Positions 55,738 to 64,000 of a stretch of 64,000 nucleotides of DNA are shown piece by piece. A model generated the notes under the pieces. It was not told the origin of the DNA and did not search any database. It saw nothing but the letters and a program-made list of their open reading frames with translations. The number at the start of each line of letters is the position of its first letter. The stretch's first letter is position 1. The translations under genes and the position numbers were made by a program. This stretch comes from Polyangia bacterium (lineage in GTDB: Bacteria > Myxococcota_A > Polyangia > Fen-1088): positions 15,946-79,945 of the forward strand of contig DATNDC010000191.1 of NCBI GenBank assembly GCA_035607055.1. The letters are read 5' to 3'.

Positions 55738-57183
55738 ATGCCGAAGGTCGGCGCCGCTCGCTTGGTATCGACTCCCTTTGGTGGAGTCCTCTTGCTCCTG
55801 GCGTGCAGTGGCGCCTCGCCAGCCACGGGAATGAGGGGAACCGGCGGCGCCGGAGGCGCTTCGTCTTCGACGGGCGGCGCCGGCGGCGCGGCCGGTTGCT
55901 CGTTCTCGCTCGCCACCAACGCCGTCAGCCCGATGATGCCGACGGTGGGCATCGTCGAATGGTCGACGACGCTGCCGAACCTGGCGAGCGCCGACATCAT
56001 CTATTGGTTGAACGGCGCGGGCCCGGGCGTGCTCAACGTCGGGGGAACCGCCCCGGTCGACCTCACCAAGGCGGGCCACCGGACCTTGCTGCTCGGGCTC
56101 AAGCCCTCGAGCGACTACACCTTCCACATCGAAGCCACCGGGACGGACGGCGCCCTCTGCCAGAGCCCCGACTACACCCTGCCGACGACGGGCACGCTGC
56201 CGGCGGCGCCCGAAATCTCGCGCATCGCCTCGAACCCCGCCGCCCAGGCGCGGGGGTTCATCGTCACCAGCAGCGGCCTGACCTACGGCAACTACGCCAT
56301 CATCATCGACGCCGACGGCGCGGTCGTCTGGTACGCCCCCACCCAGAACACCTGTAGCCGCGCGCGCCTGGACTACGAGGGGGCGAACATGTGGATGGTC
56401 GGGGTCAACGAGGACAACTCGACGGGCGAGATGCGGTTCGTCTCCCTGGACGGCCAGACGACCATGACCAACATCAGCGGCCTCGCGAGCGCCCACCACG
56501 ACTTCGCCGTCCTGCCGGGGAAGATCGCCGCCCTGGTCTGGGCGACGACCGACAGCAACGCCGAGAGCAACCTCGTCGAGATGAGCTCCGACGGCTCCGG
56601 TTCGCCGACCACGGTGTTCGAGATCGGCCCCAACCTGTACGTCGGCGCCACCACCTCGGGAGAACCGTCGACCACCTCGTATCATTGCAACTCGATCCTG
56701 TATCACCCCGCCGACGACAGCTTCACCATCGGGGACCGCTTCCCGAACCTCTACGTGAAGGTCTCGCACGCGGGCGTCCTCCAGTGGCAATTCGGCGGCA
56801 GCTGCGCCAACGCCCCCGCGGGGGTGTCGCACTGTGTGTCGGAGAGCTGGCAGGTGAACCACGGCCACCACCTGCTGGACGACGGCACGATGCTGGTGTT
56901 CAACAACAACGTCCACGGTCAGCCCTCGGATGTGCTCGCGTTCCACCTCGACACCGTGGGGACCATGTCCGCGGCCGCGCTGGGGGACTTCACCTCCGGC
57001 AACTTGAACAGCAACGTCCTCGGTGACGTGCAGCGGCTCCCCAACGGCAACACCTTGGTCACCTACTCGACCGACGGCGAGATCCTGGAAGTTGACGCCT
57101 CGGGGGCGACGGTCCAGACAATCATGGGGAGCTACGGGTACGCCGACTGGCGGGCGACCCTCTACGGAGCCCCGGCCAGGTGA
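55738..57183 (+). CDS. Arylsulfotransferase (ASST / Arylsulfotran_2)-like beta-propeller lipoprotein
   Basis: Lipobox LLLAC plus a Gly-rich linker. Motifs SAHHDFAVLP, YHCNSILYHPADDSFTIGDRFPNLYVKVSHAGVLQWQFGG and LPNGNTLVTY. Confidence 0.6.
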   Translation: MPKVGAARLVSTPFGGVLLLLACSGASPATGMRGTGGAGGASSSTGGAGGAAGCSFSLATNAVSPMMPTVGIVEWSTTLPNLASADIIYWLNGAGPGVLNVGGTAPVDLTKAGHRTLLLGLKPSSDYTFHIEATGTDGALCQSPDYTLPTTGTLPAAPEISRIASNPAAQARGFIVTSSGLTYGNYAIIIDADGAVVWYAPTQNTCSRARLDYEGANMWMVGVNEDNSTGEMRFVSLDGQTTMTNISGLASAHHDFAVLPGKIAALVWATTDSNAESNLVEMSSDGSGSPTTVFEIGPNLYVGATTSGEPSTTSYHCNSILYHPADDSFTIGDRFPNLYVKVSHAGVLQWQFGGSCANAPAGVSHCVSESWQVNHGHHLLDDGTMLVFNNNVHGQPSDVLAFHLDTVGTMSAAALGDFTSGNLNSNVLGDVQRLPNGNTLVTYSTDGEILEVDASGATVQTIMGSYGYADWRATLYGAPAR

Positions 57184-57297
57184 CGCCGAACAAAAGTTTT
57201 TCGCGACCGTTGTCGATTTCTCGGCGGCCCGTTCGTCGCCGTGTCAGAAGGCGGATCGGGTGAGCCGCCGAGACGAACCACAACGCGGAGGACGACG

Positions 57298-57729
57298 ATG
57301 CGAGTCATGGTGATCGTGAAGGCGAGCAAGGACAGCGAGGCCGGGATCCTCCCGAGCGAGAAGCTGCTCGGCGAGATGGGGAAGTACAACGAGGAGCTGG
57401 TCAAGGCCGGCGTCATGGTCGCCGGCGACGGCCTGCAGCCGAGCGCCAAGGGCAAGCGCGTCGTCTTCGGCGGCGGCGGCCGCCGGGTGGTCGACGGCCC
57501 GTTCGCGGAGACCAAGGAGCTGGTGGCCGGCTACTGGATCTGGCAGGTCGGCTCCCTGGAGGAGGCGCTCGCCTGGGCGCGGCGCTGTCCCGATCCGATG
57601 CCGGGCGAGGAGGCGGTGCTCGAGCTGCGGCCGCTGTTCGAGCTGGACGACTTCGGCGACAACGCCACGCCCGAGGTTCGCGCGCGCGACGCGCGCCTGC
57701 GGGCCGAGATCGAAAAGCGCGGAAGCTGA
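57298..57729 (+). CDS. YciI/DGPF-domain protein
   Basis: VDGPFAETKELVAGYWIW is the DGPF signature. 143 aa from the ATG at 57298, with an upstream GGAGGA. Confidence 0.85.
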   Translation: MRVMVIVKASKDSEAGILPSEKLLGEMGKYNEELVKAGVMVAGDGLQPSAKGKRVVFGGGGRRVVDGPFAETKELVAGYWIWQVGSLEEALAWARRCPDPMPGEEAVLELRPLFELDDFGDNATPEVRARDARLRAEIEKRGS

Positions 57730-57749
57730 CCGGCGCGCGAGGACCGACC

Positions 57750-58412
57750 ATGAGCAAGCTGCGCGTGAATTGTTTCTCCGTGTCCGTCGACGGCTACGGC
57801 GCTGGTCCGGAGCAGGACGAGCAGAACCCGCTCGGCCGCAACGCAATGGAGCTGCACCGCTGGATCTTCCCGACGGCGGCCTTCCAGCGCATGCACGGCG
57901 AAGGAGGCGGCGGCCAGGGGACGACCGGCATCGACGACGACTTCGTCCGCCGCGGCGCCGAGAACCTCGGCGCCTGGATCCTCGGGCGAAACATGTTCGG
58001 CCCGGTGCGCGGCCCCTGGCCGGACGAGCGCTGGCGCGGCTGGTGGGGCGAGAACCCGCCCTACCACGTGCCGGTCTTCGTGCTCACCCACCACGCGCGG
58101 CCGCCGCTGGAGATGGCCGGCGGGACGACGTTCCACTTCGTCACCGCCGGGATCGAGGAGGCGCTCCGGCGCGCGCGCGAGGCGGCCGGCGCCGCGGACG
58201 TGCGGCTGGGCGGGGGCGCGGCGACCATCCGCCAGTACCTGCGCGCGCGGCTGGTCGACGAGCTCCACCTGGCCGTCTCGCCGGTGCTGCTCGGCGCGGG
58301 CGAATCGCTGCTCGGAGGCCTCGACCTCCCCGCGCTCGGCTACCGGGTCACCGAGCATGTGCCGAGCCCGACGGCGATGCACGTCGTGCTCCGACGCCTC
58401 CCCGCCGGTTGA
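57750..58412 (+). CDS. Dihydrofolate-reductase-like (RibD C-terminal domain) family protein
   Basis: KLRVNCFSVSVDGYGAG...VFVLTHH...DVRLGGGAATIRQYL...DELHLAVSPVLLG is typical of RibD_C family proteins. Confidence 0.85.
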   Translation: MSKLRVNCFSVSVDGYGAGPEQDEQNPLGRNAMELHRWIFPTAAFQRMHGEGGGGQGTTGIDDDFVRRGAENLGAWILGRNMFGPVRGPWPDERWRGWWGENPPYHVPVFVLTHHARPPLEMAGGTTFHFVTAGIEEALRRAREAAGAADVRLGGGAATIRQYLRARLVDELHLAVSPVLLGAGESLLGGLDLPALGYRVTEHVPSPTAMHVVLRRLPAG

Positions 58413-58526
58413 CCCACGATCTCAGAGCAGAGGTCGCAGGTGGGCCGCGGCGGCGTCACCGCCGGCGGGCGGCGTCTGGCGGGATTTGCTTCCAGTGGGC
58501 CGGTCGGCTGCGGCAAAATACGTCGT

Positions 58527-59501
58527 ATGATCGCGAGAAAGGTATTGCCGCGTCATTCCTGGCTGCTGGGAGCAACGCTGATTCTATCCGGGCTAGGGCC
58601 GACAGGTTGCGGAAGCTCCCTCGGGACGGGAGGAACCGGCGGCGGCGGCGGGGACGCGACCGCCGGGAAATCAGGCACGAGCGGCACGGGGGGCGCCGGC
58701 TCCGGCACCGGTGGCACGAACAGCGGAACCGGGGGCGCGAAGGGCGGCTCCGGCGGCGCGAACAGCAGTACGGGCGGCGCGGGCGGCGCGAACAGCGGTA
58801 CGGGGGGCGCGGGCGGCGCGGCGGGTCAGTCCGGCTCCCAGGCCTGCACGAACCCCACGACCACCTTGCCGCTCAATCCGTCGAACGCGCAGGACGGCGT
58901 CACAATCAGCGGGTTCTACGTCGACACGGATACCTGGAACGCCGCCGGCTACACGGTCGCGCAAACCATGTACATCTGCGACTACGACAACTGGTACGTG
59001 GTGGCCAAGATGGACAACTCCAAAAACGACGGCGCGGTGAAGACGTACCCCAACGTCCACATGGACTTCAACGCCGCGCCCGCCGTCAGCTCGTTCACCG
59101 CCATCACCAGCACCTTCGGTCACACCGGCCCGCACGTCGGCATCTACGAGTTCGCCTACGACATGTGGCTGAACGGCGTCGCCGACACCAACTCGACCGA
59201 GGTGATGATCTGGACCGACAACTTCAACCAGGTCCCGTCCGGCTCGGTCCAGGAGACCGTCACCTTCGACGGCCAGAGCTACCAAGTCTACAAGAGCGGC
59301 AGCTACATCGCCTTCGTCTCCATGAACAACGTCACCTCGGGGACGCTCAACCTGCTCTCCTTCTTCAACCACATCATCTCCAAGGGCTGGGTCGCCGCGA
59401 GCTCGACGCTGGGCGCGATCGACTACGGCGTCGAGCTGGTGTCGACGAACGGCATGAGCGAGATGTTCACCGTCGACGCCTTCTCGCTGACGACGAACTG
59501 A
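58527..59501 (+). CDS. GH12 endo-beta-1,4-glucanase lipoprotein
   Basis: Lipobox GPTGC plus a Gly-rich linker. Catalytic-Glu blocks YDMWLNG...TEVMIWT and IDYGVELVSTNG. Confidence 0.75.
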   Translation: MIARKVLPRHSWLLGATLILSGLGPTGCGSSLGTGGTGGGGGDATAGKSGTSGTGGAGSGTGGTNSGTGGAKGGSGGANSSTGGAGGANSGTGGAGGAAGQSGSQACTNPTTTLPLNPSNAQDGVTISGFYVDTDTWNAAGYTVAQTMYICDYDNWYVVAKMDNSKNDGAVKTYPNVHMDFNAAPAVSSFTAITSTFGHTGPHVGIYEFAYDMWLNGVADTNSTEVMIWTDNFNQVPSGSVQETVTFDGQSYQVYKSGSYIAFVSMNNVTSGTLNLLSFFNHIISKGWVAASSTLGAIDYGVELVSTNGMSEMFTVDAFSLTTN

Positions 59502-59589
59502 CGCCAGAGGACCGAGCAAGCTCATGCGTCATGGCGATCGAATTTCCTCTCCGCGGTGATACCGTCAGGGGCGACGCGAAGCCACGCCC

Positions 59590-60717
59590 ATGACTGAACC
59601 TGCGCGCCCCGATCTCCTGCCCGTCGGCACCGTCCTCGACGGGACCTACCGCCTCACACGGCTGCTCGGCCAGGGGGCGATGGGGACGGTGTACGAAGGG
59701 CACCACACGGGGGCGGGCAAGCGCGTGGCGGTGAAGGTCATGCACCGCGAGCTGCTCGCCTACCCCGAGCTGGCGATGCGGTTCCGGCGCGAGGCGAAGG
59801 TGACCAGCGAGCTCGACCACCCGCACGTGGTCAACGTCTTCGGCTTCGGCACCACGCCGGCCAGCCAGCCGTACCTGGTGATGGAGTTCCTCGACGGCGA
59901 GGATCTGCAGACGCGGCTCGAGCGGGTCGGGCCGTTGCCGCTCCCGACGGTCGTGGAGATCGTCAACCAGGTGGCGTCGGCGCTGTCGGCGGCCCACGCG
60001 GCGGGCGTCGTCCACCGCGACCTCAAGACGGACAACGTCTTCCTGGTGCGCGCCCCCGCCGACGCCGTGCTGGCCAAGGTCGTCGACTTCGGCCTCTCCA
60101 AGGTGTTGAAGACGTCCGCCACCAAGCTCACCGTCGCCCGGGCGGTGTTCGGCACCCCCGAGTTCATGGCGCCCGAGCAGGCCGAGGGACGCCAGGACGC
60201 CATCGATCACCGCAGCGATCAGTGGTCGCTCGCCTGCCTGGCCTGGTTCGCCGCCACCGCCTGCCTCCCCTTCACCGGCCCCGACGTGAACGCCACCCTG
60301 AATCAGGTGATCTCGGCGGTGCCCACCCCGGTCGCGGCCGGCGCGCCGCGCCTCCCGCCGGAGGTCGACAAGGTGCTGCGACGCGCGCTCTCGCGGCACC
60401 GCGCCGATCGCTTTCCCACCATCAAGGCCTTCGCCCGCGCGTTCGAGGCGGCGGTCTCACCGCCCGCCGCCGACGCGGCGCCGGCGCGCCCCACGCCCAC
60501 GCCCGCCCGCGCCGTGCCCGTCGTGGCCCCGGCGCGTGCCGCCGCCGAGGAGCGTTCGGCGCGCGTCGAGACGTCCAAGGGCCCGCGCGGCGGCCGGGGC
60601 TGGGTGGCGATCGTCGCTGTGCTGGCGATCCTCGGCGGCGCAGGCTGGCTGCTCCGCGACCAGCCGCCCGTCGCCACCTGGTTGCGGCAGGCGAACGGGC
60701 TCCTCGGCCGGCGCTGA
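59590..60717 (+). CDS. Ser/Thr protein kinase with a C-terminal TM anchor
   Basis: Motifs GQGAMGTVYEG, VAVKVM, HRDLKTDNVFL, DFGLSK and FMAPEQ. C-terminal WVAIVAVLAILGGAGWLL. Confidence 0.9.
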   Translation: MTEPARPDLLPVGTVLDGTYRLTRLLGQGAMGTVYEGHHTGAGKRVAVKVMHRELLAYPELAMRFRREAKVTSELDHPHVVNVFGFGTTPASQPYLVMEFLDGEDLQTRLERVGPLPLPTVVEIVNQVASALSAAHAAGVVHRDLKTDNVFLVRAPADAVLAKVVDFGLSKVLKTSATKLTVARAVFGTPEFMAPEQAEGRQDAIDHRSDQWSLACLAWFAATACLPFTGPDVNATLNQVISAVPTPVAAGAPRLPPEVDKVLRRALSRHRADRFPTIKAFARAFEAAVSPPAADAAPARPTPTPARAVPVVAPARAAAEERSARVETSKGPRGGRGWVAIVAVLAILGGAGWLLRDQPPVATWLRQANGLLGRR

Positions 60718-60728
60718 CGGACGGCGCC

Positions 60729-61289
60729 TCAGCGCTTGAGGCAGGCCTTCACGCGCGGCGCGAGGCCTTGCTGGCGTTCGGCGGTGTCCAGCTGGTCCCA
60801 CTCGGCGCGCCGCTCTTCCGGGTGCAGGGCCAGCAGCTTGCGGTAAGCGCGAACCGCCGAGGCGACGCCGTTGACGAACACCGTTTCGTCGCCCGGGGGA
60901 GTACCCGGATGCTCGAGGAGGTAAGCGGCTTGTCCGAACATCATTTGGGCGAAAAGCGAGCTGTCGTATGGGCGCTCTTTGTCGAGCGATAGGGGCTCCA
61001 GGCAGAGGAGGATCTCGATGTCCGGCGACTTCGTGAGCCAATCCGTCAGAGCCCTCCGCTTGGCCATGAACGCATCATCCACGCGGAAAGGCTCCGCTTC
61101 GATCTCTTTGATGACGGCGAGCACTTCCTTCGCTCCCGGCGGCGGCGTCGCGGCGGCTGACGTTCCGGCGGGCCCGGCGGGTGGCGTCGCGGCGGTCGCG
61201 GGAGCCGGCGTCGGTGACGACGACGCACACGCCGCAACCAAGAGAGCTCCTACCAACGCGCGGCTCCGTCCGGACTGACTCATGGCCAT
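60729..61289 (-). CDS. Hypothetical lipoprotein
   Basis: Lipobox LLVAAC. 186 aa. Confidence 0.5.
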   Translation of the reverse strand: MAMSQSGRSRALVGALLVAACASSSPTPAPATAATPPAGPAGTSAAATPPPGAKEVLAVIKEIEAEPFRVDDAFMAKRRALTDWLTKSPDIEILLCLEPLSLDKERPYDSSLFAQMMFGQAAYLLEHPGTPPGDETVFVNGVASAVRAYRKLLALHPEERRAEWDQLDTAERQQGLAPRVKACLKR

Positions 61290-61348
61290 CCTTCCGACAG
61301 AACCCGAGCGTAGGACGGCTGGTCGGCGGTCGCAACAGGGCGGTTAAC

Positions 61349-62755
61349 TCAGGGGCCGACCAGCCGAGGCGCACCCGTGGACGTCCGCGCGTGACTGGCG
61401 GCCCACTGGTCGATGGTCCGGACCATGAAGCTGGCGAAACGATCCGAGCCCCCCTGTCCCCAGTGCCCGTCGTAGGGGAGCCAGTCGGCGCGAATCTGCG
61501 CGGCCGTCCTCCCGGCGAAGGCCAGACCCCCGTTGACACACTCCGCGCCGATCCATTTCGCGAAGTCACGGGTGTCGCTCTCGAGCGGAGCGCCTTCGAT
61601 CAGCATGTTTTTGGTCGGGATGTACACGACCAAAGCGGGGACGTTCAGGAACGCCAGCGCCTGCCGGATCTCCTCGATCCTCGCCCGCCGTTCGCTTTCG
61701 ACGTCCACGACGCCGCGCAGGCTCAGCTCGGTCCTTCGGAACGCCGGGTGGAGGACCTTTTGCCAAAGCAAGCTCGCCACGAACGGAACAGGCGGGCTGG
61801 GCCTCCAGGTACCGGCCAAGAACGCCTCGAATTCCTTCTGGCCGACGATGGTGGCCTCCCACGGATCGTAATACGTCTGCGCTTGCTCGGGCGTGAGGGG
61901 GAAGGTCCGCGGGTTCCAGCTGGGGACGCGCGCGAACATGGGGTGCGTGTACCCCTGGTACTCGGTGATGGAGAACCCCCGCCTCAGATCCCCGGAGAAC
62001 ACCGCGAACACGACACCATCAAGTTGATATCCCTGCGGCTGCACGATCCGGGTCAGCACGCTCCACCAGTTCGCCAGCCCACCCCCGTCGACGCCGAAAT
62101 TCAAGAGCTCCAGCGGCTGCGGCGTTTGCCGGGTCAAGTCCTCGGCGCGATCGGGCCAGTCAATCTGCAAGAACTGGCCGGCCGTGAAGGAATCGCCGAA
62201 GACGGCCAGCCGCCGGCTGGCGGGATTCGATCGACGCGGGTGCATGTCGTCCCGATCCGGAAAGCCCTCGTTGTTGCCCCGGGCATGCCCGATGTATTCC
62301 AGCGTTCCGTTCGTGATCCGGGCGTAACGCGAGGGGGTGGAGCCGAGGCGAATCCCTCGAATGGGATCGAAGCGGAGCGTCTGGCCGGCGTTCTCGTAGA
62401 CAATCAGAGACTTCCGGCGCTGTCCGAGCCCCCCGTGAAGCGCCAGCAGAGTCGCCGCCGATTCGCAAAGGACGTAGCCTCCGAGCACCGCCGCCAGCGA
62501 GAGGATCAATCGGCTCCGGTGCTCCCGGAGCCACCGGCGGCCTCGCCCGGTCAGCCCCAGACCGGCGACCAGGATGGCGTACGCCAGGACCAGCAGATCG
62601 CCCAGGACGACCGACCATTCCGCGCGGCCTCCCCGACCGAGGCGGACGGGGAGGTCGAGCAGGACGAAAGCCAGCGGGACCGTCTGCAAGAGCCAGACGA
62701 CGATCCAAGGGCTCCACGCTCGATCATTCACGTCGGTCTGGTGGGCGGTGCTCAT
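61349..62755 (-). CDS. Membrane-anchored SGNH/GDSL-like hydrolase-family protein
   Basis: About 4 N-terminal TM helices, then the block-I-like motif AVFGDSFTAG. ATG at 62755 is preferred. Confidence 0.6.
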   Translation of the reverse strand: MSTAHQTDVNDRAWSPWIVVWLLQTVPLAFVLLDLPVRLGRGGRAEWSVVLGDLLVLAYAILVAGLGLTGRGRRWLREHRSRLILSLAAVLGGYVLCESAATLLALHGGLGQRRKSLIVYENAGQTLRFDPIRGIRLGSTPSRYARITNGTLEYIGHARGNNEGFPDRDDMHPRRSNPASRRLAVFGDSFTAGQFLQIDWPDRAEDLTRQTPQPLELLNFGVDGGGLANWWSVLTRIVQPQGYQLDGVVFAVFSGDLRRGFSITEYQGYTHPMFARVPSWNPRTFPLTPEQAQTYYDPWEATIVGQKEFEAFLAGTWRPSPPVPFVASLLWQKVLHPAFRRTELSLRGVVDVESERRARIEEIRQALAFLNVPALVVYIPTKNMLIEGAPLESDTRDFAKWIGAECVNGGLAFAGRTAAQIRADWLPYDGHWGQGGSDRFASFMVRTIDQWAASHARTSTGAPRLVGP

Positions 62756-62763
62756 GCGCGCGG

Positions 62764-62973
62764 TCAGAACAGCGTGTAGATGAACGGCGCCGCCGCGGTG
62801 CCCCCCAGGATCGCCAGCGCTCCCAGACCGACGAGAACGACGACGAGAGGCAGCAGCCACCATTTCTTGTTCTGGGCCAGGAAGCTGAAGAAATCCTTCA
62901 CCCCCGATGAGCGAGCCCGCGCCGCCGCAGACTCGAACTCGTTGGGCGCGTCGGGTTTTCGGGGCTCATCCAT
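62764..62973 (-). CDS. DUF5989-like small membrane protein
   Basis: 69 aa. FFSFLAQNKKWWLLPLVVVLVGLGALAILGG is the typical DUF5989 pattern. Confidence 0.65.
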   Translation of the reverse strand: MDEPRKPDAPNEFESAAARARSSGVKDFFSFLAQNKKWWLLPLVVVLVGLGALAILGGTAAAPFIYTLF

Positions 62974-62987
62974 GGGCGGGACCTAGG

Positions 62988-63404
62988 TCAGAATTGTTGA
63001 AAGTAGCGGCCAACTTTTTGGTTTGGCGGGTGGGGCTCCCAGAAGCTCGCCTCCGAGGCGGGGAACGGTCGTTTGATCGCGTCGCGCCCGAGGAGACGAA
63101 ATACCATGCCGAGCGGAGCAAAAAGGATCAACCAGATGAGGCCGAGCAGGACCGGCGTGGTCACGCGGCCGAGAATCAATCCCAAGCCCATCCAGCCGGC
63201 GAAGAGCCATCTTCCCAGGCCGGGAACGAACGACAGGAGCGCGAGGGTGAAGGCTCCCGAGACCACTCCCCCGGCCGCAGCGTGGTGGTGCCTCACCAAA
63301 TACAGGAAGAGCGAGAGCGCCACACCACCGATGGCGAGGATCAGCCGGAAGTCACGCAGCTCGGCCGCGGACGGCTTCTGCTTGAGATCGGAAAACGTCC
63401 GCAT
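62988..63404 (-). CDS. SxtJ-family small membrane protein
   Basis: 138 aa with 3 TM helices. It lies immediately downstream of a carbamoyltransferase, as in SxtJ-type cassettes. Confidence 0.6.
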   Translation of the reverse strand: MRTFSDLKQKPSAAELRDFRLILAIGGVALSLFLYLVRHHHAAAGGVVSGAFTLALLSFVPGLGRWLFAGWMGLGLILGRVTTPVLLGLIWLILFAPLGMVFRLLGRDAIKRPFPASEASFWEPHPPNQKVGRYFQQF

Positions 63405-63407
63405 GTC

Positions 63408-64000
63408 TCAGTCGAGTTGGAACTGCGAGAGGTAGCGGCCCGCGTCGGCGGGCGAGACCTCCGGTGGCTGATCGGATTTGACGAGGAGAAAGTCCTCCAG
63501 AACCAGGGCGTCCATCTGCGTGCTGAGGAAGCAGTTCAACGCCTCTTCGGGACGGCAGACGATCGGCTCTCCGCGCACGTTGAAGCTGGTGTTGACGATC
63601 ACGGGACAGCCGGTCTTTTCGGCGAATCGCTTGAGCAACCGATAGTAGCGGCCGTGCCGTTCTTCGTCCACGGTTTGGATCCGGGCCGAGTAGTCCACGT
63701 GCGTGGCGGCGGGGATCGTCGAGCGCGGCACGCTGACGCGCTTGCGGAGATCGGGATCCCTCAGGAGCTCCCGCTGCTGGGAGGTCAGCTCGATTCGTTG
63801 TTCTTCTTTGACGGGCGCGACGATCAACATGTAGGGACTCTCGTCGCCCGCCTTCACGGCGAAGTAGTCCGACGCGCGCTCGCGCAGGACGCAGGGGGCG
63901 AACGGACGGAACGATTCCCGAAACTTGATCTTCAGGTTCATCGTGGCCTGGAGCTCGGCATTCCGCGCGTCGCCGATGATGCTTCGGCTGCCGAGCGCGC
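63408..64000 (-). CDS. Carbamoyltransferase (NodU/CmcH family), C-terminal part; the gene continues beyond the window
   Basis: The frame stays open upstream of the track Met to nt 64000 (...ALGSRSIIGDARNAELQATMNLKIKFRESFRPFAPCVL), matching the conserved GNRSI...LKxKxRExFRPFAP block. Confidence 0.9.
   Translation of the reverse strand, partial: ALGSRSIIGDARNAELQATMNLKIKFRESFRPFAPCVLRERASDYFAVKAGDESPYMLIVAPVKEEQRIELTSQQRELLRDPDLRKRVSVPRSTIPAATHVDYSARIQTVDEERHGRYYRLLKRFAEKTGCPVIVNTSFNVRGEPIVCRPEEALNCFLSTQMDALVLEDFLLVKSDQPPEVSPADAGRYLSQFQLD

Noticed and set aside
57188-57211. GAAC-N16-CGTT, an ECF-type -35/-10 pattern 87 nt upstream of the yciI/DGPF gene
   Set aside because: This is a single occurrence of a short degenerate pattern. 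It differs from the three-copy motif near the local ECF sigma gene, and no cognate sigma gene is adjacent. It is kept only as a note.

Overview
Very GC-rich chromosomal segment (GC not computed). It is gene-dense, with about 58 protein-coding genes. I found no rRNA, tRNA, CRISPR array or intact mobile element. The gene content points to a myxobacterium, probably of the Polyangiales/Sorangiineae type: three eukaryotic-like Ser/Thr kinases, PP2C and SpoIIE phosphatases, a MYXO-CTERM-like sorting tail, and many lipoproteins with Gly/Ser/Thr-rich linkers and Cys-rich domains. Confidently recognised housekeeping genes are ilvC (class II ketol-acid reductoisomerase) with divergent ilvY, a modF-like double ABC ATPase, fadE, di-haem cytochrome c peroxidase, an aldo/keto reductase, an SDR, GH27 and GH12 glycosidases, and TetR, AraC, LysR and ECF-sigma regulators. 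Items worth a second look, best first. (1) A translationally adjacent pair at 50374-54984: a 900-aa lipoprotein followed by a membrane-anchored protein whose beta-rich N-domain plus HEAT-like helical domain resembles the vitellogenin/large-lipid-transfer-protein N-terminal module. (2) A bipartite motif (GCCTGCTkTC-N11-GGTACT) present three times. Each copy lies upstream of the first gene of a minus-strand unit in the 7.8-13.8 kb ECF-sigma / anti-sigma / Tat-Rieske cluster, including the sigma gene itself, so it is a candidate autoregulated ECF promoter. (3) A stand-alone DUF262+DUF1524 (GmrSD-like type IV restriction) gene beside a lower-GC gap carrying an eroded IS3-type transposase relic. 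(4) A perfect 18-bp palindrome at the start of a TetR-DUF1772-FAD monooxygenase operon. (5) A kinase translationally coupled to an orphan solute-binding lipoprotein. (6) A carbamoyltransferase-SxtJ-DUF5989-SGNH cassette at the right edge. All functional calls come from reading motifs in the supplied translations; no database search was run. Many start codons are uncertain.
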